Source of the DNA: Amoeboaphelidium occidentale
Taxonomy: Eukaryota
DNA length: 64,000 bases
Assembly: GCA_023515795.1 (NCBI GenBank)
Contig: JALGPX010000050.1
Location: 1 to 64,000 of the forward strand
Reading direction: 5' to 3'
Below, one piece after another: positions 31,801 through 43,316 of the stretch (positions within the stretch are counted from its first letter, which is position 1; each line of letters opens with the position of its first letter). The notes below the pieces were generated by a model that saw only the letters and a list, made by a program, of their open reading frames with translations, did no database searches and was not told the origin of the DNA. A program made the position numbers and the translations under genes.

Positions 31801-32860
31801 CTATATGGACTTGAAGCAGGTTTATGAAGAACACAGCAAAAATGCTTCTTCACCAATTTCTCCTGAGAACGGGGCGTCCGGGACTTCAAAGAAGATTGAC
31901 CCGAAAGCTTTGTATTCTCTGTTCACTTGTTTGGAGACTCTTAACTTGATGTACGCGAGGTATGATTTAGCTTTTAAAAATCATCGCGATAAATTAGAAA
32001 ATTGCTCACATTTACAGAAGCAATTTACCTTAATGAACTTTGCCTCAGCATTGGGCTCAGTTGTACAGGATGACAAGAAGAAGAACACTCTCAAGAAAAC
32101 AGCAACATCTCAATCAGCTAGAAGCAGAATGATATCTCAACCAACTCTTATCACTAGCTCTAATACTGATATCGGAAACTCTAATAACGGATCATTACTT
32201 GACCTAGCACAAGCAGGTGCTGACGAACATAAAGAAAGGCGCCCAACGTTATTGGCCCAACACAGTGTTTCTCTTCTAAATAAGGCGAGAGCTGTTAATA
32301 ATAATTCAGCCGAACACGAATCAGATGCAACTGGAAACGGGACGCTCAGCAATGATGCTACTTCAGCCTCAAGGAAAACAACAAGTGGGCCTCTTATCCG
32401 AGCAGACTTACAGGACCCTTCAAAACAAAGCAACAGAAATTCAATGGTACTGTCAGCGGCTAGTAGTGCTAGTAGAACTACGATGGACTTTGCGAAATCA
32501 ATTGAAGAAGAACTGAACAGAAAGCTAGGCATTGAATCGCCATATGCCGCTTCAGCTTCCGATGAAAGGCCGCCTCAAATCTCGGTTTCTGCTAGGCTAA
32601 CCAGTGCTCCAAGACCGGCATCGATATACGTGACATCATCGACTTCAACTACATCATCAGCTTCTGTGTCCGCAGTGAATCCGAAAATGACTCCCACAAT
32701 TGCAGAAGAAGGAAGTCCTGGTCTGTCAAAGAGAGTCAAAAAATGGCTTGGTAGTGGCGGAAAATCGGAGAATAGTAGTGGAGAACTTCCAAATCCAGAA
32801 GAACCTCGAACAAAATACGAAAGAAGCGTTTCTTCTCCGCTTCTCAAAAAGGCGAAATAA
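28839..32860 (+). CDS. F-BAR-PH-C2-RasGAP multidomain protein (at least 4 exons)
   Basis: FCH-like N-terminus (ELQKFLSAKAQLDVEYAQKM), PH (WKPRYFVL...EERESWL), C2 (SPFWGEEF) and RasGAP (FRGNTLATK, FLRFFCPAILNP). Start codon uncertain. Confidence 0.85.
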
Positions 32861-32890
32861 ATTAAGAATACTAGAATGTGTATTGATTAT

Positions 32891-34826
32891 CTACATATGC
32901 GACTTAAAGTACTCCAAAACCTCCGAAACATCGCCTCCTAGTCTCTGCAACGTTAACGAATCGACAGAATTAGCCTTATCTTGATGAAGAGTGTCTAGAA
33001 ATTTGATGACGAGTTGCATGTTGATATCTCGCTTGAGCAATGAAATATTCTCTTCATCTTTAAAGCAAGCCGAGACCAAAGAAGGCACAAGTATCTCAGA
33101 GCAACTAAAACATTAGTCTTTCAGAATCGAATCATTACCTTTTACGAATAAAGTAATCCACGGGAAGCGAGCATATCTTTTGAAGAATTATGGGACTTCC
33201 TCCATATCTTAAGATACACTTGTTCTTTTCATTTCCACAAACATACCAGCCCAAGAAAATTATTGTTTCATGTAAAGTATTGGTGTAGATTATTGAATCT
33301 TTTCCTGTTTTCTGGAATCGTTCTATACAAAGTGTCAAATAGGAAGAGCAAAGTATAGCAAATTGTTTAAAAGATTCATCAAAAGGGACGATAATGTGTT
33401 GAACTTCTTTGAGATGTCCAAGACTTATCAAATTTAAAGAAGAAACCAAGAAATGAAAAGCTCTTGTAAACCGTTGATAATCATGAGTGTGTGCAAATGT
33501 TGCAATAATAGTTAAAATTATCTTGCTGTCAATGATAGACTTTATCAATACATCATCTTTGCTTTGAATGAATAGATGTACAAGTTCCGTAATCGTCTCA
33601 ACCGTATCCAATGTGACCAAATCTGATTTGATTGAGTTTATAACGGCTGCCCAGTTAAATCTTACAAGAGTCATATCACGCAGCAAAAAGCAGAGAAATG
33701 ATAATACAGTAGGAGCATTCGATGAGAATTGAGGTATGTTCTTTTTGATGAGAATCTTTCCCACGCTTTCAATAACTGTAACGATTTCTTCGTCTGCTCG
33801 CAAAGCTGGATCATTCAACAGAAGATAGCGCACCATCTGCATTACATCATTTGTTCTTGTGTTGATATAGTCGGAGCAGACTCGTAACAATTGGGATTTT
33901 TCCAGTGCCACAAGTTTCTTTCTGTTCTGTACAGTCTTGAGCAATGACAGGAACGTATCTGAAAACACTTTAGAGGAGCTTCTATGCTGATTTAACGATT
34001 GAACTTGGGAAATACCATGGAGAATAGTTGGAAACAGCCTAATTGTAGATCCAGGAACAGACTTTGCAAGAACATCAGAGTATTTCAAGGTTGTAACAGG
34101 AACATCAACCACAGATGAAGCACAAGAGCCGCCAACAGGGGAAGTGCTTGAAGAAGCAGATTTCTTCTTTCTACTTTTTCCAGAAGAAGTTGCAGGGTTT
34201 TGCTTACACAGAACATCAGCATATGACTTGACTCCAGGCGATACCATGGTCGATCTAATAGAGCTTGCTTGTTCGTCAATCTTGTAGGTAGAGTTATGAG
34301 GAGCATTATTCTTTTCTTGATTTGGCGCGGTAATAGAGGGCCATTGATCTAAATTATCCGCTTCGTTTCTAGTGCTTTTCTGTGCCCTCCGATGCTTCTT
34401 GTTGCTTGTTCGAACCTCCATCATGAAACCGGAATCACTTTCATTATCATCACTCAATGGTATGACCAATTCGACAATCTCATCGCTCTTTAAATGGAGT
34501 GTAGTTCCGTTGTTATGACTCTGATTTACACCAGGTTTCGAATGCTTTTGATCGAAATCATGATTACTATGACCAAGCAACTCAGTTTCAGACTGTCTGT
34601 CCATACTCCTAGGCTCCTGCACCAACATGTAGTCCGCTAGCAAGGCCTTTATAGCAGCGTTCTGCTTGACAGTTAGCGATGCTCGGTTCTGTTTCAAGTG
34701 ATCAATTGTGGTTCTCAGAATTGCGATGGTGTAATCCAAGTTACTCTTGACTATTGCATCTTGGGAAGGCGACAGTTCCTTGGAAGGCTCATGGTTTGAC
34801 TTTTTAGTTTCGTTCAAGCTGATCAT
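32891..34826 (-). CDS. Protein with a SCAPER-like C-terminal domain (2 exons)
   Basis: LHETIIFLGWY...N...GGSPIILQKICSLPVDYF|...ILVPSLVSACFKDEENISLL resembles the conserved SCAPER C-terminus. Confidence 0.65.
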
Positions 34827-34925
34827 TTGCAGGTGAAACAAGGAAACAAATCCGTACAAGAAAGTTCTGGGAAACGGCGAATTGGAACGCCTAAAGCGAA
34901 CTAAGCTAAAGAATTTATTTCATAA

Positions 34926-37900
34926 TCAAGATTTTTCAGCAGAATTATTAATGTAATCTCCGCCTTGGTGATAATTAACTCTTCTCATCTCGCCCAGCTT
35001 CTTTCTGGCATCTTGCAAAGTCTTCTCAAGAGTCAAAATATGAACTTGCTGCTCCATTTCTCTCTTCTTAAGTTCGTGAGGTGTCAGCTTGTCATACTCA
35101 ACAACAACTTCTTTGTCTTTGGCGCTTTGAGCTCTTGCTTTCTCAGCGGCATCAAGCAGTAGCTTGCAAGCATCTGTAACAGCTTTAGACGCCAATTCAA
35201 GTTTATCTTGTGTTTTACTTCCGCGAATAGATTTGACACGACTGGCTGCTACAAGCTGAGCAACGGAAGAGCTAACTTCATGAGCACTGACCAAAAGCTG
35301 TTCCATACTCTTTGTGCCGTGAACAACACCATCTGCAGTATCAACTAAGAATCTTGTCGCAGTTGCAACAGCTTTAGCAGCAGAAATCAAACCCTCCATC
35401 CATCTACTATTCTTTTTATAGAACGCAGCGCTGCTTCCTGTTCCTTTGCCATTTGCGACAATTTCTTGTTGTGAATGAGTAGCACAGATAATCAGCCTTG
35501 CAATTGCATCAGTGATAGATTTGACCGACTCTAAAATAGAATTATGTACTTGAACGTCAGTCTGTGTGAGCTTAGGATCACGCGGAGCACCCAATAGCTT
35601 AGCAAGAAGAGCAGCAGCTTCTTCAATAGACTTTGCAGCGTTAGTCAATTCATTATCAACAAAAGATGACAAATCTTCTTCCTTGCTAACTTCTACGGAT
35701 TTCTGAACAAGGCCTTCTGTTACTTTGATCATTGGTTGAAGTGCAGAAAGGAATGAGCCATTACAATCTTGTACTTTCTGAGGACGGTTAGGCAAAGCAG
35801 TTTGGTTTAGCTCTCGAGACTGCAATTGGCTGAAATAAGACTTTCCTTGTTGAGCAATCGATTTTGCAGCATTTATAATAGCTTCAGTGCCTTTCTCATC
35901 TCCTGATAATCTTGTCAAACCTTTTGCGTTGTTCAGGATGGTGTAGACTGCCTGAGCCAACAAATTTGCATGCCTAATAGCTTCTGCTTGATGTTCACCA
36001 GTAGTATCTCCACTCGTAAGATGCTTGGTGAAAGAAGATGAAAAATCATTTGAATTGAAAGTAAGCTTTTCAATTAATGACAGAACCAACTCTGGTGTGG
36101 CATTTTGGTTCCCTGGATTTGAAGGATTCTCCAACTCATAAAGAGAATCTAGAGACTTATTTTTACAGTCCTCCAAAACAGAGTCCATAATCTTATCCAT
36201 TTGAGACCTATGTTCCAAGCTCAATTGGTCCATCTTGCCCATCAAAGAAGCTGTTTGGTCAGAGTTCTTTTGTTGCAAATGTTCAAGAGCATGTAAACTC
36301 TGGTCCATTGCAGACTTCAAAGTAAGTAACTCATTGTCTTTGGCCTGTAATTCTGTACGAGACTGATCCCATGCACTCTTTAAAGTCATCAACTCAGACT
36401 TCAGTTTTTCAAAATCTTCAAATTGCTGCTTGAAACGTGCTTCTTGGGCTATCTTCTCTTCTTCATACTTTGCAACCAAGCTCTGAGTCTCAGCTCCTTT
36501 GCTCTTGGAGAGTTCATCGAATCTTGCCTTTTGTTCTCCCAAAGATCTAGTCAGTCTTGTCAATTCAGCAGCGTAATGATCTTTCTGCAGTTCTAAATCA
36601 TTCTTGTACTTTTCTTTTTCCTTCACCAATTCACCAAACTCTGCTGTTTTCATTTGTAGTTGACTAGCCATCTGTTCCTTTTCTTTTTGGAAAGCGGTTA
36701 CCGATGTCATTGAGGTTTGGGTTTCTTTATACTTTTGCAACAAATCCAAATGCTCTTTTCTCAACTGGGCATACATCTTGGCTATGTTTTCATATTTTGT
36801 TTTCCACATGGCAACCTGTTCTTGCAAAGATGCTATTAATGTATCCCTTTCTCTATCTCTTCTTTCTCTTTCAGCGTCAAATCCTAAAGCGTTAGTTATG
36901 GAAACCAAGAAAATCAAACCTTGTTTCGAGTACAATTGCTGTTCATAAGACTGTCTCATTTGCTCATACTCTCTAAGATGTGCCTCCATTTCATTAATAC
37001 GTGCTTGATACCCGTGTAACAACTGTTGTGCTTGGAAATTTTGCTGTCTCAAATTGTTCAGTTCATTTTCTTTTTCATCGTTGTAGTGATGAGTTACTTG
37101 TTGTTGAGAATGTAGAATCATTTGTGAATTTTGGTCAAGCTGGGTCCATGGTTCAGGTGTTATCGATGATACGCTTCCCCAAATATCTTCAGCTTCTGGT
37201 GTCTTTTCACGAGGAGCTTCTCCCAGCATTTGAGATTTCGACCTTGGCAACGCCTTATTAAGAAAGTCAGTCGGTTGCGAGGGTAATCTTGGAACAGTAA
37301 TCAATGAAGTCAAATATCTCAAGTTTGAACACTCAAAGTAAAACTTTTGCAATGTGGAGTATTGTTTGATGTATCGCTCACGCAAAGGTTGAAGTGCATC
37401 ATCTGCTGCGATACTTTGATGCATGGCATTTAGCATGCTTGTATTAAACTTGTAAATACCGTAGCTCTCTTCTACCAACGGTACCAGAGCAGATATGCGA
37501 CACTCATTATTCGACGAAGGCCTAAAGGAACCGAAGATAACCTTTTGTAAATCTTCTAAGCGATCCAACAAAGTCATTAATTCCATAATCGCAGTGTATC
37601 CTTCGTTGGGGTCATCCACCTTCCGAAGTGCCCTGTACTCTTCATAATCCAAATCAGCCGTAAATTCCGGATGCATCGAATGAAACTCCAACTTATACTT
37701 TAGAAACTTCACATACGCCAAAATCAAGGAAGCATATCCTCTATGCGCATTGTACTGCATCTGTCTAGCAAGCGTATCAAAGAATGGAACTTCTGCCATT
37801 GTATCCTGCAACACCGATGAGTGACCATCCCTCATAACTTTGTGAATTGTTATCAGCGCCTTGAAGCATTGAACATCATCGCTTAGAATCGGCTGAGATT

Positions 37901-38123
37901 TGACGGCATTCCAGAATGGCTGGGCAGTGCGGAAATCATGAGTAAACAGATAACAAACTCTGACATGCTTTTGCTTTGGTGCAGTTTCGTCAGGGTTCAA
38001 AGCCTTCTTAACGGAAACGAATAAGTCCTGTTCAGCCCTCTCCCGGTCCTTAAGGGACACACTAAAGATTATTGAAGAGATAAGTTTATTGAAAGCTTAC
38101 GAACGGTTCATGCTGGAAAACAT
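34926..38123 (-). CDS. SLA2: Sla2/End4/HIP1 endocytic adaptor (ANTH, coiled coil, I/LWEQ)
   Basis: ETAPKQKHVR, NECRISALVPLVEESYGIY, FYKKNSRWMEGLISAAKAVA and EMEQQVHILTLE. Short first exon from 38123. A probable in-frame 36-nt intron lies near 36885-36920. Confidence 0.95.
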
Positions 38124-38200
38124 CTTGAGGAGAAGATTATTCGAATGATGCTAGAGTTTCTATTCAAATGATGTTTCAACCCATTTCCTTAGGCAAATCT

Positions 38201-38869
38201 TTACCAAAATGTCCAGTTTCGTTTGGGTTCTGGCCTACGAGTAAGTTTTCCTATGATGCTATCGATACTGTGGCCAATGTATTCTATCACGCCCAGAACA
38301 TCGCTTGATGCATTGTAAAATACGTCGAACACTAAGCCAATATACGATACAAGTCGTACTATTTGCCATATTATAACAGTTAACAAGATCATTTCCCAAA
38401 CCGTAACAGCATATCGCATCCTCGGCGACAAAGACAGCATAAACCTCTCGTGCTTTTCTATGATCATGCTTATTGATGAAGCTATCAGACCAAAACCAAA
38501 CACATCACTTAATGATATGTTCATGTTTATATTCTGTAACCCAAACAAGTTGACCATTGTCGCTTTCGAACTGTTTGAAGTTGAAACTGATGCAGCAGGC
38601 AAAGCATTTGAGAACATGGAATCAGTTGATAGTTTCATTTTGGCTGTTTTAAGAAAAGTCTTGGCTTTTAATGTGTCGACTTTTTTGTATTGCTGTACTG
38701 TGAATTTTCCCATAGTTGGATGTTCAGCGTCTTTCGTGTTGGCAATATAATACGTGTATTTATCATTAGTCTTGACTGCAACAAGTTTCTTCTTCTTACG
38801 CGAGTGTAACATATCGCTCATCTTTTCCAATAAACCTTTTGAATTATCGTCTTCCTTTATTACTGGCAT
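38201..38869 (-). CDS. Hypothetical membrane protein
   Basis: 222-aa ORF with two C-terminal hydrophobic segments. No family recognised. Confidence 0.55.
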   Translation of the reverse strand: MPVIKEDDNSKGLLEKMSDMLHSRKKKKLVAVKTNDKYTYYIANTKDAEHPTMGKFTVQQYKKVDTLKAKTFLKTAKMKLSTDSMFSNALPAASVSTSNSSKATMVNLFGLQNINMNISLSDVFGFGLIASSISMIIEKHERFMLSLSPRMRYAVTVWEMILLTVIIWQIVRLVSYIGLVFDVFYNASSDVLGVIEYIGHSIDSIIGKLTRRPEPKRNWTFW

Positions 38870-39104
38870 ATCTTTATCAGTGGTCCTCGTGTGAAACGTC
38901 GAAAAAATCTATAAATAGCGCTAACCAAGTACGCAACGGCCGAGCGGTATCCTGTGGAATTATGTAAAGCCTCCTAAGCTATGCGCATTATTTTAATTTC
39001 TTGCCTTATAGTTGAATGATGTTGCAATGCTATGGTGCCCGGATTTTTTCAAAAAGTTTCCGATACTTACTGCAACTGAACTTGCCGGAAATTTCACGTT
39101 CGAA

Positions 39105-40190
39105 ATGTCGCTTTCACATCGCACTAAGAGACGATTTTCTGAAAGCGCTCTGATGCTATTGGCTTTAGCTGTATTGTTATCTAAAGCCTCTGCTGCTCAC
39201 GTTACGATGATGCTGGATCCGATATTTCCATGCCTGGAATCTTCTTATGAATCGCTGATGTGCACGTTGCGCTCAATTGACTACTATTATTCCAATAAGT
39301 ATTCAAAGCATCTTACTGCAAATGATTACCGTCTTATCATTAATACGACATTCCCGTATTGCGATATCTCCAAAGCAACCGAAGAACCCTTTAATGAATC
39401 TGTTCAATTTGGCTTGGAATCTTTCGATCTTTTGTCCATGTATGATATTTCTCTGATGTTTGAATGTGGCCTGAAGTTAAAGTATCCGATGACTGAGTCG
39501 TCCTTCTACAAGAAAATTCGGAAGGAATCTAGCCATGTTCCAAAGATCTATGGCAGCTACTCTGTGAACAAACTGGAACAGCGCGAAAAACGAAGGAAAC
39601 GCGCACAGGCTGTGGGCTTAGAGGATATCGAATGGATCACGTTTGGTGAAGCTCAACAAGTTTATGAGAAGAAGGACTGGTTGGCTGCACACTTTTTCTC
39701 AAGTGCTGCTCAGATTTATGGGCCAACCGATCCAGCGATATCAAAGAACATGCTGAGTTCATTGAATGGTTTTGAATTTGTTAGAAAAGTGGCCGAAGGT
39801 AACGAAAAGTACGGCATAATGCTGGAAGATGACGCTTTGCCCGTGGTTGGATTCCAAACGAAGTTTCGCGCTTTTGTTTCTAGCCTTCCTGAAGACACTG
39901 ATCTTGCTTTCCTTGGTACATGTTTAGATATACACAATTGGTACTTGAAGAATTGGTATGAGTCTGGTACTCCTTTCCTATTCGAATTCCCATCCACTCG
40001 TTGCTTCAATTCCGTTTTGATTTCTAAACAAGCAGCAAAGAAAATCCTGGATACGGGCGCATTGTTCTACCAATATACTCCAGTTGATCATTACTTCAAC
40101 CACGCTATTGAATATCTTCAACTGAAAACTTACTGGGCAATGCCTCCACTGTTTTACGAATCATCAAAAGTCGCTGGTGTTATTGAATAG
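39105..40190 (+). CDS. GT25-like glycosyltransferase with an N-terminal signal/anchor
   Basis: MLEDDA, DLAFLG, RCFNSVLISKQAAKKIL and PVDHYF match the GT25 motif order. Confidence 0.75.
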   Translation: MSLSHRTKRRFSESALMLLALAVLLSKASAAHVTMMLDPIFPCLESSYESLMCTLRSIDYYYSNKYSKHLTANDYRLIINTTFPYCDISKATEEPFNESVQFGLESFDLLSMYDISLMFECGLKLKYPMTESSFYKKIRKESSHVPKIYGSYSVNKLEQREKRRKRAQAVGLEDIEWITFGEAQQVYEKKDWLAAHFFSSAAQIYGPTDPAISKNMLSSLNGFEFVRKVAEGNEKYGIMLEDDALPVVGFQTKFRAFVSSLPEDTDLAFLGTCLDIHNWYLKNWYESGTPFLFEFPSTRCFNSVLISKQAAKKILDTGALFYQYTPVDHYFNHAIEYLQLKTYWAMPPLFYESSKVAGVIE

Positions 40191-40215
40191 AACACCTTTA
40201 TTGAGAGGATGAATA

Positions 40216-41220
40216 CTACAATTTCGGCCTCACGACAGTAAATTCACTACAACAGCCAGGGGAAACAATATTGTACTCGTTCGAAGCTAAATAATATCCG
40301 GCTTTATCCAGCTTCAGAAACAATCTAGCCAACTTCTGTCCCAAGCTTTTATCATCAACATCCTTATCATACCCACCAGGAGCAGCTAAATGAACTTCAA
40401 ATGAAATTTGTACAGGAAGTTCATCTAGAACTTTATGCTCCAGAATCGCTGGTAATACGACCCATTCGAAACCTTCAATGTCCATCTTCAAGAAATCAAT
40501 CTTTTTGATCTTTAAATCACTGAGTATTGAAGCCCATGACTTGAACTGTCTCTTATTTCCATCTACGAAGTCAGAGCTACCAAGACACACATTAACAAAT
40601 GTTATTTGTTCTGAAGGAGGATCCCACTGACCGGTACAGTCAAAAGTGTAAATCTTGGTATTAGACCCAAGCACTTTGATCATAGACTCTTCAAAGGAGA
40701 AGTCACCATTCGATCCGACACTAAAGACAACATTGGCAGGCTCATTTGACTTCCTGGGCTTCAAGAATTCACCACAGATCCATTTTCCTCCATCTCCATC
40801 ACCACGATCACCAACCCTCATCAAAGTATTTCGATCACAGTCATAAGTAACAGGAATAGCCTTGTAAGCAATCTCAGAGTTTGTCAGAATATCAAGCGAT
40901 GGATCCAGACCAAGATAGCTTTTTCTCACAGAATTTGCGTAGACTTGACGGAATCGATTCCAGCTGTAAAGCGACGATATGAGCGGCTCAAAATGTACTT
41001 CTACAGGCGCAGAAGAATCCCTGAACGGATTCTTACTTCTATCAATCTTATCTTGAATAGAGCGGTCTTCAGGATCATCAGATTCTCTGTCCTGATCAGT
41101 ATCCATCTGGCACTTGGCATAATAATCAGACACAGCCGTAGCGAGGAACAGCTGGAATACAATAAACAAGCCAATAAGCAAATATACGACTCTGTAACCG
41201 GAAAAAAGTGGAGGTGTCAT
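40216..41220 (-). CDS. METTL24/FkbM-related methyltransferase, type II membrane protein
   Basis: N-terminal TM, RVGDRGDGDGGKWIC, FSVGSNGDFSFE, LKMDIEGFEW and QISFEVH. Confidence 0.85.
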   Translation of the reverse strand: MTPPLFSGYRVVYLLIGLFIVFQLFLATAVSDYYAKCQMDTDQDRESDDPEDRSIQDKIDRSKNPFRDSSAPVEVHFEPLISSLYSWNRFRQVYANSVRKSYLGLDPSLDILTNSEIAYKAIPVTYDCDRNTLMRVGDRGDGDGGKWICGEFLKPRKSNEPANVVFSVGSNGDFSFEESMIKVLGSNTKIYTFDCTGQWDPPSEQITFVNVCLGSSDFVDGNKRQFKSWASILSDLKIKKIDFLKMDIEGFEWVVLPAILEHKVLDELPVQISFEVHLAAPGGYDKDVDDKSLGQKLARLFLKLDKAGYYLASNEYNIVSPGCCSEFTVVRPKL

Positions 41221-41540
41221 CTTATTACTAAAAAAAATCGCTGGCCAGAAAACGATTGACTGCGCGTACGAGAAAGCCAGTGGAAGTTCAATACGCCTTA
41301 ACCAGTTTCAACTATCGACTCGTCAAAGTACGCAACTCGCAATATTGGTAATAATCACATGCCAACATTGATGACTCTGATAATTGAATGTTACGCGAAC
41401 GCCACAGATACCTTTGTCAAACTCTCAAACAAGCGAGCATCTTCGGAATTCTTGTGACCATTCAGCAACAAAAAGCTAAAACAGCTTGTTTGCCTTTTTA
41501 ATTCGGTTGCATCGGCCCCTTATTGATACACAGGCTGACA

Positions 41541-42860
41541 ATGGTTGCAAGAAGCCATCTTCATTCAATTAAGAGCACTTGGCTTCTCTCGTTGATGGCT
41601 GTTTATAGCATGTCTGTGACTCTATTTTTTCTCATCTCTAACGATCTTGAACACAGTTTGCATCATTGGACTGTGGGCTTGTCACAAGAGACTCCACAAG
41701 ATATGAATCTTACTTATGACAATTTGGTCACCGTTTCAACGAATAAGGAGTATTTGCTGCCAAAGGGCTCACCGTTTATTCAAAGCTCTACAGCCAACTG
41801 CTCTTTTAGCGGAGACCTATCAGATACAGATGTGATATTGTCAACTGATGTTATGGACTTTACTTTATACACAAGAACTGATCAGCTACATGGACTTGTT
41901 CAGTTGTCAAAGGAAAGAAAGATACCCTTTGGGTCGGTGTTCAATGCTGATTTGGATATCTCATGGACGAATTCTCACTTGAATTTTACTGGAAAGCTGA
42001 ACTCAACTGTTTTTGAAAGGATGATTATGGGTATTGAAGTTGATCGTAATTCGTCATTGCTACTCCCAACATTCTTTCACGACTTGTGCGATCTGGCAAA
42101 GTATCGTTTAGATTCCGTTCGTTGCATGAATGATTATCTGAATAATGTTACACTGCATCATCTCGATGAAAGGTTTAATACTACCGGCAAATGGCCGTTT
42201 ATTGACCAAGTCTTTGTTTTGCACTACAAGAAGAAGCCTGAGCGCTTAAATCATATGCGTGACCTTCTTTACCAATTTAACGTCTCTAGCAAGGTTATCA
42301 AAGATTTTGATAGAGACGAATTAACTCAAGACATTATTGAATGTGCGTATCCTGTTAACCGCACAATTGATAGTCGCAATTGGCAACCCAAGAATCTTAG
42401 CACAGGGGAGATCTCTTTAAGTCTGAAGCATTTTGCTGCATTTGACTATATTATCAAGAACAAAATTGAGCATGCATTAATTTTTGAAGACGACGTGGTC
42501 ATTGAAGGAAATTTAACAAGCTTTGACAAGTCCTTTCGTAACGCTATGTTGGACTTACCTGCTGATTATGATTTGTATTTTGTTGGCGGTTGTTTAGATC
42601 TTCACTGTAAGGCTGTGACCGGAACTCTTGACGCCCCTAAAGCATGTCCGCAGAATAACAGAAGCAGATGTACGCACGCTTATGTCATCAGCTATCGCGG
42701 GGCACTCAAGATGGTCAAGAACCTACCGATACGGTGGGCTATTGATTGGCTTATGAACTCTGAAGGCATTGGTTTAAAGATTTATCATGCTGAGCCTCCG
42801 TTGTTTTTACAAGGAAAATCGTTCGAGTCGACTGGTATCAGGCAAGGAATTGAAACATAA
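41541..42860 (+). CDS. GT25-like glycosyltransferase, type II membrane protein
   Basis: N-terminal TM, FVLHYKKKPERL, GEISLSLKH, IFEDDV, RCTHAYVISYRGA and AIDWLM. Confidence 0.85.
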   Translation: MVARSHLHSIKSTWLLSLMAVYSMSVTLFFLISNDLEHSLHHWTVGLSQETPQDMNLTYDNLVTVSTNKEYLLPKGSPFIQSSTANCSFSGDLSDTDVILSTDVMDFTLYTRTDQLHGLVQLSKERKIPFGSVFNADLDISWTNSHLNFTGKLNSTVFERMIMGIEVDRNSSLLLPTFFHDLCDLAKYRLDSVRCMNDYLNNVTLHHLDERFNTTGKWPFIDQVFVLHYKKKPERLNHMRDLLYQFNVSSKVIKDFDRDELTQDIIECAYPVNRTIDSRNWQPKNLSTGEISLSLKHFAAFDYIIKNKIEHALIFEDDVVIEGNLTSFDKSFRNAMLDLPADYDLYFVGGCLDLHCKAVTGTLDAPKACPQNNRSRCTHAYVISYRGALKMVKNLPIRWAIDWLMNSEGIGLKIYHAEPPLFLQGKSFESTGIRQGIET

Positions 42861-43316
42861 CCAGATCCCCATATCAAATAAAAAGCATCACTGATCAAAT
42901 GGAGACATCTCCATCAAGAATTTAATGTCCAGCTAAGAAGTAAATGAATGGTATGATCATGATGAATTTTGAGATCAAAGCGGTTTGTATTGTGTTATAC
43001 CTGTTAGAAACATTAAACTAAATCAATAATACCAAGCAATGTTTTAAATCATGTCCTTTAATTAAACTTGAATATCTTTTCTTGTGATCTAAAGATGTCT
43101 GGGACAGGGCTCGTTAATCTTGTCGTCATGGAAAATTTTTATGCTCAACTTAGTTTCAAGGATGATCTCCATAAAGGCAATGTTGCTTTACTTTGTGGTT
43201 TCTTGCATACCACTTNNNNNNNNNNNNNNNNNNNNNTTGTGATCTAAAGATGTCTGGGACAGGGCTCGTTAATCTTGTCGTCATGGAAAATTTGTATGCT
43301 CAACTTAGTTTCAAGG

